From the NCBI GenBank assembly GCA_003693705.1, contig RBZT01000831.1:1-46284 (forward strand): a DNA stretch of 46,284 bases. The letters are read 5' to 3'. Below, in pieces: positions 35,051-46,259 of the stretch; the stretch's first letter is position 1; every line of letters starts with the position of its first letter. A program made the position numbers and the translations under genes. This DNA is from Polymyxa betae A26-41 (taxonomy: Eukaryota > Protista > Endomyxa: Phytomyxea). The notes beneath the pieces are model-generated. The model searched no databases. It saw only the letters and a list, made by a program, of their open reading frames with translations, and was not told the DNA's origin.

Positions 35051-36173
35051 GGCAATCACTTCGTGGTCTTCGCATTTGCGTCAACAAAACAGCAGACGTT
35101 CAATTTGCATGCGAAGGGATTACGGCCTGTTGTGTTCTTCACAACATCAATAATCGTGAGCGTTTGGTAGCAGACCAACTCGACGCTTACCTCGAGGGAG
35201 CGGGCCAAGGCGATAGTCACAGTCTCCTCTCTCAGTATCCAAATGGAGATCCGAGATTCACTGAAAGGTATTAGAATTCTGGTCCTAAGATTCAATTTCC
35301 AAGGTATCCCACCCTTCATCAGATCCGCTACCATTGCAGCGTTTGCAGACTGGGCGGCATTGCACCTAACAGTTTCCTCCTTACTGAGATTCAATTCAAT
35401 CATCTTTCTCTTGAGGTCGAGCTAACGTTCAACACGTTGCTGTTCAAGTGAGTTATCCTTGCTCTGAAATCAAAGGAAACTTGCGACAAAATCAATCTTT
35501 GTAGGTGCTGCTTTGACACGTTTGGCCTCTGTGTTGGCTGAAACTGAGAATTGTCCCAATCACTACTGGTGATTGTAGTGGCCTCTTACGATTCTGAGCA
35601 GATCGATTAGGTTTTACGTGGATCGGGTCTGGGGTAGGTGGCTGATCGGGTTCTTCCGAATCTGAAATGTTCGGGCAATCGCGACCAGCTAATTAATGAG
35701 CCTTTAGTGACTGGGATTAGAGCAGCAGTGTCGGTACAGTTATGGACAAACCCGCTTTCGATTACTTCGCAGGAATCTTGCCATTCGTTTGAACGTTCAA
35801 ACTGACATCAGATATTTGTGATTCAAGGACAAGTTAAGAGGCTGGGGTAGGGGTTGGAAAGAATCCTGGGGCCATGCCACCAACTTCTGAATCATTAACA
35901 GGCTTGATGTTTGGTCTTTGACCAAAGAGAGCCTCCAGCCGTCTGTATATGGCCAGAGACGGTGTTCTTTCTCAGCTATCGTTGTTATCCCTTGCTCTTC
36001 GTCTTTTTCTGTTAACTTGAACCCTGTCTGCGAACTGATCGGCTCTTAGCGTCATTGGCAGTCCAGATGATCCTGGGGTCTTCTTATCTGTTGTTCATAC
36101 ACTCGGCTAATAACCGGTAGGAGTCCGCTTCGGTCAATTTCTGACTAGCCACCATGGATTTTTTTTTGCAGCT

Positions 36174-36285
36174 TGTTGGGAGTCCACTGTCTAGAACAGA
36201 CTAGAAATTGAACTGAACTGTACTCCTATTCACTAAGTTTGATCACGTTGGCAGATTGTCTAGCAGTCACAGTGGCTGCACTACA
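36174..36285 (-). repeat. Copia 3' LTR
   Basis: 7 substitutions and a 2-bp indel relative to 40755-40864. Confidence 0.95.
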
Positions 36286-36299
36286 CGCCCTCCCAAACT

Positions 36300-39200
36300 G
36301 ACGACGGGTATAATTGCAAGCCTATCTGCTGCCGACACCATAGGAACTTTTGGGCCGAAACTTGATTCGTTAAATAATCAGCGGTCATCACACTGATGCC
36401 GCAATGCTGCAACTTGATTTCGCAAGCCTAAACCAATTCACGAGTGTAGTGGAATTTGAAATCGATATGTTTTAGAGAGCTCTTCAGTTCGAGATTGCGG
36501 GCGATAGCTATAGCTGCATTGTTATCAGAACAAATCGTTGTTGGAGAATTTTGTGGAAAACCAATCTCATTGAGAAACTGACGGATTGAAATAGTTTCCC
36601 TTGCTGCCTCGTAAAAATATCGTTAGCGAAATCGCTATCTATGTAACCGATAAGGTTTGGAATATTCGAACTCTGCGTGAACTTCAAGCATGTCTTTTGT
36701 CGCCACCACATATTCTAAAACTCGTTTCGCGTGGGTCCAATAATCTAAGCCAGGACTATGAGTATATCGATTTAAGATCCCGACAATTTGGGTAATATCT
36801 GGTCTGGTCCGTGTTGAAAGCCATGATTAACTTCCCACTAATTTGGCATAATGTATCGGCTCCATTCGTTGCCTTTCTTCAGGCGTTTTCGGGCTGCACT
36901 CATGATGCTTCCAGGTGGTTGCGCCATAAGGGTGTGAGATCTTTGTTGTTGGTGTACGCACATTAAAAGTGCGCGATAGCTCGTCTATGAAAGCTTCTTG
37001 GTCGATCCAGATAGTCGTCCCATCTTTGCTTCGTCTCAGCCTCATCCCGAGCAGACGTTTGGGCTCGCCGAGATCCGTGACCTCAAATTTCTCAGTCATG
37101 TCCCTAAAAAGATCGGTAACTCCGGCTTCGTCGTTGTGAATGATAAGTTGATCGTCAACGAACAGGGCGACTATGATAACCTTGTCACCTCTCGACTTAA
37201 TGTAAATACAGTGGTCTGATTTCAGGCGCTTGAAACCAGAATCGTTGACCATGAAACAGTTAAAAGTCTCATTCCATAGCCGCCCTGCTTGACGCAAGCC
37301 AGAGAGTGCTTTCTTCAGGCGACAGACAGCGTAAAGCCTTGTGCCATCGATGAATCCTGGCGGCTGCTTCATAAAGATCTCCTCTTCTAACTTCCCATTC
37401 AGGTAAGCACTCACGACATCGACTTGCCTCAAAAAAATTTGTTTTTCGGCCGCTATTGAAAGCAAGATGCGAAGCGATTCTTGGCGAGCAACAGGGGCAA
37501 ACGTTTCGTCGTAATCAACGCCAGCCCGCTGCGAGAACCCCTGAATGGCAAGTCTTGCCTTGAACTTTTTGACCGCACCACTGTTATCTGCAGGTACGGT
37601 GAAGACCCATTTACATCCAATCGGCTTTCTTCCTCTCTGTAATTCTGTAAGGATTCCAGTTCCACGATCGAGCAGATTGCCATATTCACGTTGAATTGCA
37701 GCTGACCATTACTCTCGGTGAGGATTTCCGCTGTCGACTGCCGCATCAATTGTTTTTGGGACTTGAACATCCTTTGCCATGACTTGAATTTGTTCGCCCT
37801 CAACGGCATTCTCAATTGGTAAAACCTTGTTCATGTTGAGCAGGAAGCCAATATCGTCTACGATACGTGCTGCCGCTCGACTAGTATCCCTACATTAACC
37901 GACAGTCAGGAGACATCAAGCCCTCCAGTGCAGATGGAAAACTCCGACACGCACTTCCTCTCCACTGGCAGTACAGTGCCGGCTGGGCAGCAGCCACTGT
38001 ACATGTAAACTCCACCACGGAGTTTCTAGGTATATGAAGCAGGCCCTAATTGGGGCATCTATAAAACGCTGACTTCCTTATATAATACATTCATTCTGTT
38101 ATTGATTGTGTTTAGCTCACATTGCTCTGAATCGTAGCCGCTTCCCGGAGCGAGAAACCCAACAGTTCATAGCCATTATAACGGCTCTTTTTGGAAGTCC
38201 CTGCATCAGATACTCAATATTTGATAGGGACTTGCTCCGCACTTGGCGATAGTCCTCAGGCGAATATCTGTCTGTTGCTTTCCTAGTACGTTGGGCTCGA
38301 GGGGTTCGCAGCTCTGTTGTAGAACAACCCTCCGCTGACGTTTCTGTTGGGTTTGAACTGTCCTCCGAGGTCATTGGTTCAGGATCGCGGTTCTCGTCGA
38401 TTGCATCATCAAGACAACTGGGCTGTGCTAAATGGTTCTCGTCGTCCGTCGACGCCCCGCTCGAGCTGATCCAGTTGTAATCCGGTACGTCAACTTCGAT
38501 GTGGTCGTCATCGGTTTCCCGATCTGGTTGATAGTTTTCCTCAGCGATTTCCGGAGGATTGGACGGGCTCGGGGGATTGTCGCTGTCGTCATTGTCCCAC
38601 TTAAATTTATCCTCTTCGAACTTGTCGTGGAGAGCGGTAAAGATTTCGCCAGATTCTGCATCCAATAGCTTATATCCCTTTTGCTTAGGTGCATATCTTA
38701 TGAATATAGCTTTACGAGCTTTTGGTTGAAGTTTACGACGCTTCTCTTTCGGGATATATGCCCTGCATCGACATCCAAATACGCTTACCATCAAGGCGCT
38801 TGGCTTCAAACCGAATAACTCTTCGTGTGGTGTCTTTCCATTGAAGTTCGTGCCATTTAGGGATGTTGTCTGCGTCCGGTTTCTGACGAAATTTGCTGTA
38901 GCCACGGCCTCTGTCCACAAAGCTTCATGTTGCCCAGAGTGAATCCTCATGCTATCTGCCATCTCCATCAATGTCCTGTTTAGGCGTTCTGCAACCCCCA
39001 TTTGTTCTGGGCTATACGGTATGGATGTCTCATGAATACTTCCATGATCTGAGCAGAATTTTTGAATTGCGTTGCTCAGGAATTTTTTCGCATTGTCAGA
39101 ACGCCATATTCTTATCATGTCCTTCGGCGCCACCCTAATCAAGGCTCCTGTCTCTTGTACGAAGTCCTGCATTGTTTTTAAAGCTTCTGATTTGTGCTTA

Positions 39201-40721
39201 AGGAAGTACTCCCAGCTGTAAGATGTCGCATCGTCAATGAATGTCTTGAAGAAGCGGTTACCTCTTAAGGACGACGTGGGAATTGGTCCACATATATCGC
39301 TCCACAAAATCTGAAGGGGGTGCTGAGCCTTTTCAGAACGCGATTTGAATGGTGCGGGTCATCTTCCCCTTCGCACAGCTCGGGCAGTGTTTAACGAGAT
39401 CCTCTGCGTCATCGTCGTGTTTGACATCATATGCGGCTTTGCTCAGGTCATCTAATAACTTCCCTCGAATATGCCCATTGCGACAGTGGATAATGAACTT
39501 CGATATTGTGGCGATGGCCTTTAGTTCTATTTGTGAATGTTTTTGCGTCAAGTTCTGACTTCGCCATGGATATAGGATATTTTCTTTCCGTATTTTCGCT
39601 CTCACGTGCCCGTCTTTGACGACATTACAATAATCATCAATGAAAAAGACAGAGTTGCCGCGAGATGTTCTCTCCCCGACTGATAGTAGGTTATATTCGA
39701 TGTCAGGAATATGGACACAGTGATCAATTCGTGTCGAATGGTCGCCGAAGTCAAACTCGCAAGATCCTTCACCAGCCACTTCTATTGCTTGTCCATTGGC
39801 AGCATATGCCTTGGTATCTTCGAGACTCTTGTAACTCCTGATAGTCGGTCGGTCTTTGATAGCATGGCATGCTGCGCCGCTATCTATAATTGTCCTTGTT
39901 TGCGATGGTGGTTCACTGCCATCAGATACAGAAGATAGATACAGGGAGACAACTGGTTTATTGGCGCCTGGACGCTTTTTTGGGAATTTAAAAGAGCAGG
40001 AGGATGATTGATGTTTTTTCTTGCCACGGCCATCTTTCTTGCAATGCGCGCAGAAGTCTTTGTTGATATTGTTTGCACGAAGCTCCTGCTGTTTCTCGCG
40101 ACCTCCCACTAATTCGATCTCGCGGTTCAAGATCATTCCCGAAATGCGTTCCGTCGATAGCGCGTCTTGAGGACCATCCGCGGCTGCAGTGACAGGGCCG
40201 TACTCGTCGGGAAGTCCTGCAAGGATTACCGCTGCACAGACAGCATCCGTTAATATAGCGTTCGAAGCTTCTCCAAACTCGTGGACGGCGTCCTTGACTC
40301 GGCTGATGTAGGTCTGGCACGACTCCGAGGGTGATTTACGCATCGTTGCTAGGACCCGGAATGCTTTTACTGTGGCGGCGGGGGTCTTTCGTGAATAATG
40401 GCTTTGTAATCGTTGCCATAGTTCGTGAGCCGATCTGACAGTTCGATTATCTATCAGGTTCAAGACTGCATCCGAGCATCTATTCACAATTTTCGCACGG
40501 GCTTTGAGATCCGATCGCGAGTTGATGTTGCCTGCTGTCGTCTCCTCGGACGTCTCAGCTGCTATCTGCAATGGGGGCTGTGCGCTCAACGTTAGCGTGG
40601 TCGGGTCAATACCGACGACCTCATCCAGGTCCTTCTCCACGCGTAGGTTGTCCATCCTGCGTGCCCAGCAGTTGAAGTTTCTGCCATCAAATGTGTCGAC
40701 GAGTTCGTCCTGCTTGCCCAT
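36300..40721 (-). pseudogene. Copia gag-pol polyprotein, frameshifted
   Basis: ILAGLPDEY, IIDSGAACH, H..GH..CPSC, WSDICGP, FIDDAT, RSDNA, GVAERLNRTL, CKWVF, QVDVVSAYLNG, LFVDD and GYIDSDFA motifs. Confidence 0.95.
37834..38121 (+). repeat. Solo LTR of another family inserted between Copia IN and RT
   Basis: TGTTGAGC...GCTCACA ends with TATAA-like and AATACA motifs. The TSD TTGTT (37827-37831) / TTGCT (38122-38126) restores the Copia frame IQSKVLP. Confidence 0.7.
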
Positions 40722-40732
40722 TTGAGATTCTT

Positions 40733-40754
40733 GGTGAGCCTGGGACTCTTAATC
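40733..40754 (-). promoter_or_regulatory. Copia PBS complementary to the 5' half of tRNA-Lys(CUU)
   Basis: The plus strand reads GGTGAGCCTGGGACTCTTAATC directly next to the 5' LTR. TGGGACTCTTAATC is the anticodon-arm sequence I recall for eukaryotic tRNA-Lys(CUU). Confidence 0.7.
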
Positions 40755-40864
40755 TGCTGGGAGTCCTGTCTAGAACAGTCTAGAAATTGAACTGAACTGT
40801 ATTACTATTCACTTAGTTTGATCACTTTGGCAGATTGCCTAGCAGTCACAGTGGCTGCACTACA
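40755..40864 (-). repeat. Copia 5' LTR
   Basis: Reads TGTAGTGC...CCCAGCA on the minus strand; direct repeat of 36174-36285. Confidence 0.95.
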
Positions 40865-42123
40865 AGGCTCAGCCAGTGATTAACTGAAAGTTTTCTTGTA
40901 TGTTCAGAAACTCCACAATCAACCAGTATTCAAAGGCTGTGGTACGTTTTCGTGGGTTGCCTTTGTTGCTCTTTGCAGGCTTTCTATTGGGAGTTGTTTG
41001 CTGATTGTTTTCTTGGTTGTCCATTTTGCAACTAATTTGTGTTGTTTTGAATTTCGATCAAAAACTTATGACCAGCCTCCCCAGTCCTTGAGACAGTTGC
41101 CGTTCGGAAATCTGAAGTGATTCAGACATGACGTCATTATTGGTACGAATGTGCTGTTTATTGAAGGGTTAATACGATTGCTAGGCGGTGCTGCAGCTGC
41201 GATAACAGCTGGAACAGCAGAAATCAAATTGAAACCACGCAATAATAAATGAGAATTGTAAAATCAAAAATGTAAATATAATGTTTCGAAAATCATTATT
41301 TAAAACACAAATGGTTCATTGTCGTGATCATGATCAGGTAGCAGATGCAACAGCAACCAAAAGCAAAAAACCAATCATGATCGTGATGATCACTATCAGG
41401 TAGGAAGCGCTGTAGCATCTGCTGTGATGTCAGCACAGAATCAGCATGTTTCCAGCATCCTGCATTAGTGGAAGCAGAATCCGCAGCTAGAGCTCGCGGG
41501 CGACATCGTTATCTAACTAAACTTAAACTTCGTCAAATTGAAACAAAATTAATATGAAACAATCATGAAAACACCCAAACAGAAAGTAGCAATACTGAGC
41601 AGCGGCTTCAGCTGCAGCTTTGGATGCAGCATGAATAGCAAAGCAGCAGGCAGCCCCCTCAGTAGATTCAACAGAACCATCAGCAGAGAGCGGTAGGAGC
41701 ACCTACTTCAGCAGCAGCAACAGTAGAACATCGTTAGCGCCGACAAACTGTAGTCGTAATTCACGGTGAGGATTGAAATTTTGAAAAAGATACAGAACCT
41801 TATTTTATTGAAGTTAACGTCGCATCACCTGAACCCATGCCTTTTTCGGGGCTTTCAGAACATCGGGAATTGCCGATCAATAGGCAGATCGCATCGAGGA
41901 GACTCTGGGGTCGCTGTGGAGTAAGATTATCGAAGTTCAGTTGGCCGAGAAGTTTCAGGTGGTTTACGACTAGAGAGGATCTTGTTAGGGTTTGGGCTTA
42001 TGATATGCGCTGTAAAAGCATCTCCCGAGGTGCTTTTAAGATTTTAAAGTGCTTTTAACCGGGTCCCGCGGACCTTGATAACAGCACTTTTAAAATTCTG
42101 CGGAAAGCTAAATACCCCCTAAT

Positions 42124-42509
42124 ATATAGATAAACAGATTTTGTCTGTTACTGAGACAGAGCGACAGGCTCACAGGGATTGTAAATCTAAACATAGAACT
42201 TGTTGCCACACTTTGATATTGGCGACTACATTTTAGTCTTTACCTGAATCTAAATCCATTTCGAAACTCGTCTTTATCTGGCAAGGCCCGTATCGAATAG
42301 TCCATGTTCACACGTCTTATATTTTCACAGTTGAAAACTTGCTCACTGGAGAAAACAACAAATTCATGGTGTCGGCATCCAATTGTTTTGTGATAAACTT
42401 CTAAATGTCACCGATGATATCTTGAATCAGTTAAGTATGATTCAGCTCACAAACAAATTGAAACGGTATGTGATGTTCGATTAAACTCGACAAGTACAGA
42501 AATTGAGTA
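42124..42509 (+). pseudogene. Gypsy integrase C-terminus and start of a chromodomain-like region, right half
   Basis: FDIGDYILV and SKLVFIWQGPYRIV..FTVENLLTG motifs; cut by the pogo element at TA 42508-42509. Confidence 0.8.
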
Positions 42510-43790
42510 CCGTGCCACTTCGATAACTGATATAATCCGATATCCGATAACTTTTTTGGAAATCCGGATCGGTCCTATGGATGATATCCGATAGGACTAG
42601 GGGTTTTCTATTATTTAATATCCGATACCAAATTCGCGAAATATCGGTTATCTGAAATTATTAGAAACTAAGGGAATCAAAGTTACATGGTTGTATTTAG
42701 AGGTTTTAAATCGAAATCGAAAGAAATCATGAATCGACCGCTGCTGAAGGCAATCTTCTCGCTTCTGTCGTTTGATTTCGGTTAAGTCTTGTATCATCGT
42801 ACGGACCTTACGCTGAAACATGAAGTTTTCTTCCGGATCTTCATTTAACATCACTGCCACTGTCCGGAGAACACGAATTCGCTCCTCAAGAGGAATCACT
42901 TCCTCTGCGTCATCATCATCCTGGATATCATCCTCGCGCGGACACTCTTCAACATTACCCTTCACATACTGAGCAATATCCGCATCTCTCAGGCTCAAAT
43001 GGACATCGACAGTTTCTTCAGAAGTCTCGATTAAATCTGTTATCGATAATGGGTTATCACATTTCAATTCCTTGAGTGTGGTCTGAAGATGGAAATCGAG
43101 GAATCTGTCTCCAGCTTCTGCAGATTCACTCGTTACAGCACAATCCCCAAAAACTCCGGAATATTTCCAGCAATTGAAAATTGTTTCCGGATTTATTGCA
43201 TTCCAAGCACTTCTTGCCCATCGCATCGCTTGGAGAACATCCACTTTGTCAATGCTTTTCTCTCCGAGGCGATCAAGATCAAGAGCCAAACGAAGCTGGA
43301 AACTCCGGTATCGCTTCTTGAAGGCAGCAATGATCCCTGCATCCATCGGCTGGATCCCCGATGTCGTGCTCGGCGGTAAAAAAAGCACCGTAACGCTCGA
43401 GAGCTCAAGATTGCGAACCACTTGCGATGGTGCATTATCCAGTAACTGCAAGATTTTCCTGCCCTGTTCCATCATTTGCTTATCGAGATACATAATCCAA
43501 TCCTGGAAAAATACTCCTGTCATCCAAGCCTTGGTGTTGAAGAAGTATTGAAAACCATGCTGTTGAGCAGACTTCGAGGCTTTTTGAAATGTCCGATGAA
43601 CAAAGGAGGCAATTTCTCGGATCCGTCCGCATTAGCTGTGAACGCGACGGTGATCCGACTCTTATCCTTTTTCGATCCCTTCAGATTTTTCGAGGCAATG
43701 TTTGACTTAAAAGCAATGTTTATATGAAATAAATTTGAAAGGTTGTTGTTTGTCAAATAATCTGCAATTCGAAAATTTCAGAAAAATCAC
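42510..43790 (-). mobile_element. pogo/Tigger-type DNA transposon, 3' end intact and 5' part deleted
   Basis: TA|CCGTGCCACTTCGATAA terminus with repeated TATCCGATA motifs at 42530-42650. The other TIR was not found. Confidence 0.75.
42648..43700 (-). pseudogene. pogo/CENP-B-like DDE_1 transposase (last two Asp spaced D31D; first Asp and HTH missing)
   Basis: RITVAFTANADGSEKLPPLFIG, LLDNAPS and FLPPSTTSGIQPMDAGII motifs. Confidence 0.9.
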
Positions 43791-43899
43791 TTGCCTCAGG
43801 TGATTTCGATGTCGCCAATAGAATAGTCCATAATGGAAAGCTTTTCCTATCTCGTGAATATGAACGTTCGAAAGGCGTAGAAACGAGCAATCACATGCT

Positions 43900-44232
43900 C
43901 AGAGTTAAATTCGCTGCGACGGGACGATCTTCAAAGCCTTTGATCTGGTTTGCGGCAGCGAGATGGTTTACATATACCACAATCAGCCGCCGATAATGCT
44001 TGCCTATGTGGACTGGTTCAGGTCTTTGGAAACGTCAAAAAACGCATATACGATAGACAAAGAGACACGTTTGCCAATGATGAAGCCAACGTCGACCCCA
44101 GAAAACAATGCTTGTTCCAGATGGGTCTTCATGGACACTGCCACACCAATAAGTGTCATGCTGGGAAAATTACAAAACATCGCAGGATATTTCTCAATTC
44201 AGTCAGGCCCGTTTGACGAGATGGTCAAGTGA
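43900..44232 (+). pseudogene. Possible C-terminal remnant of a Plavaka/CACTA-like transposase
   Basis: Only the LAYVDWF motif supports this call. Confidence 0.3.
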
Positions 44233-46259
44233 ACCATCTTATCAAAGGATCAAATAAAGCGCTTGACTGTGACAAAAACGTTGGTCATCTAGATTGTAAT
44301 AACATGGCAGCAAGGGAGGACTGCGACAAAACGGGCCTTAAGCGATGTTTATTGACTCATTAAATTGATGTGAGATTACAAATACAAAGAATCAATGCAT
44401 TAGGAGCCCTAACAATACCTTAATCGGAAACAGCAAATTTACCAAGAGCCTTAGAGCATCAAATGCTGCAAATTGAAGCAGATTCAGTATTACGCTTTGC
44501 AGCTGTTAGGGCTGGAGTTTAGGTAGTGGCGAATCCATCAACAAACGTATGGCCTACAACACCGGCTTCACAAGCCGGTCTATCATCAGCTACTGCAGCA
44601 GTCGGGCCTGCATCTAGCTGATGAAGAGCCTGTACTGTAACAAGTCATGCTTGTGCCTGTTTGACAGTGTGTTGGAAAGAGCGTCTTCAACAGCTACCCC
44701 AGAAGCAGCAACAAGAACAGCGAGATGCAGATATCGTTTGGAGACAGCAACAGCAATGAGGGCAAAATTGGAAATATAAATGGAATAAAAACTTTTTACA
44801 ATGGTCCTGTTAAATAGCATTAGTGGGAAATCAGCAGTAGCTTGCTAACAGAGACCAGCTCAGCATTAATTATAGCTGGAGCCGGATCTGCATCAGCCCT
44901 GAATGAGCCGGAACGCACGCAGGAGCCAGTACGACCACTGCTTTAACAGGAGAGTCTCCACCATTACAGTTGTTCTGTTTGAAGAAAAGAACGACAGAGA
45001 GATGCAGAGTTTTTTTGCAGAAAAGAAGCAGCAGTTAGATAAACAATCGGGATTAATTTTCATAATGTAAATTCTAAATTCAATATAAAAAGCGTCTTTC
45101 TAATGATCACCATTTTGAGAACATCGAGTGGCATCATCAGATAATGAAGCTGCTGCTGCTAAAGACGGCCCAGGTTGGCTTACTGCTGGCTTCGCACCAG
45201 CAATATTAGGAGCAAAAACACTACTGCCTCTGCAGGAGAGGGCCCAGCAGGAGCCAGCCCATCAGTGTTTGCTGCAGGAGCCAACCCATCATGAGCCGTG
45301 CATGAGCTGGGCCTGCACAAGAGGAGCGAGAGCCGATGCAGTGTAAAGCTCATTCAGCAGCCAGAACGCGACAGGAGTGGAATAAACATGCTGGAAATAA
45401 ATACACCGAGAAAACTTTCTGTAATTATAAAAGGCAGAAATCATTAGGGAAAGCAAACCAACGAGAAACAATCAAAATGGATAAAAACACATAAAATCAG
45501 AATATGATCAGGCCTCTTGCAGTACGTGAGCTCTAAACTAGAATACGATTAAACCGCTTGCAGTACGCGTGCTCATAATGACGTAGTAGACTTTGCCTTT
45601 CTCTGCAGCCGAGCACTCTTTGAGCTGAGCGTCACGCACCATGATAATCCTGCTCGTGCCGTGCAGACCTTGACAATCAGGTGGTTAATGCTCGAAGACT
45701 ACTGATTGCCTGTAGTAGTAGCAGATTTAGATTTTGAATGACAAACATGCTTTAAAAAATACCATCAAAAAAAACTTTCAGAGGTTGTACACACTAAGAA
45801 GCGATAGAAGCCACTGGCCGATTCAACATCATGATTTGATTGGCCATCTCCGCTCGTGCGTCCCTGGCACAAATGCTGCTTGTCGAAAAGGCCAGATACG
45901 ATTGCTGACGTCGCCGTTGCCACCATAGCAAACTCCCTACAAGCCTGGCTTGCCTATTTGAGATTCGAGATTCGAGATAGCAGGCCGTCACAGGTTTCCA
46001 TAGCCACTTCTATCTGATTCATAAGAACTCGGAGTTTTGGTTACGGCAATATCAATTTTGTGCTATGTATCAACTGATATTTTCTCCTAATGAAGTAATA
46101 CATACTGCGTCACAGCGCACTATTTAAACCAGATTGCGATACTACCCAAATGGTAACATAAGGGTTTTTACTCAAGACCGCTGGAGGCTGAAATCCCCCA
46201 AGCCCTGAATCACGTTCCGTCGGAATTTCGTCACGGACATGAGTCACAGACCGCGGAAC

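Larger units (their letters stand above)
36174..40864 (-). mobile_element. Ty1/Copia retrotransposon, full span, with short LTRs (110-112 bp)
   Basis: LTRs at 40755-40864 and 36174-36285, PPT GGGAGGGCG (36286-36294), imperfect TSD AGGCT / AG-CT, and domain order gag-PR-IN-RT-RH. Confidence 0.95.
35056..41150 (-). pseudogene. Myb/SANT-like accessory ORF of Harbinger 5, split by the Copia (pieces about 41150-40865 and 36173-35056)
   Basis: NHWLS|LQKK reads across the Copia insertion. Convergent with the transposase, with a coiled-coil-like region near 35300-35450. Confidence 0.5.
33863..42120. mobile_element. PHIS/Harbinger element 5 with short TIRs, carrying a nested Copia
   Basis: AAT|AGGGGGT...ACCCCCT|AAT. 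Removing it rejoins the Gypsy integrase in frame (QHSL*YIDKQ). TGCTTTTAA motifs lie near both ends. Confidence 0.8.

Noticed and set aside
40733-40754. tRNA-Lys gene
   Set aside because: Only about 22 nt match, with no acceptor stem or T-arm, and it abuts an LTR, so it is a PBS.
42648-43523. Domesticated CENP-B/TIGD host gene
   Set aside because: It is frameshifted at about 43520, lacks the HTH and first catalytic Asp, and sits next to a TA-flanked TIR.
283-45991. The many 60-130 aa ORFs antisense to or overlapping TE genes as independent genes
   Set aside because: They are shadow frames of transposon coding sequence with no recognisable motifs.
45730-46259. Coding fragment at the right end
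   Set aside because: The ORFs are short and I recognised no motif on either strand.
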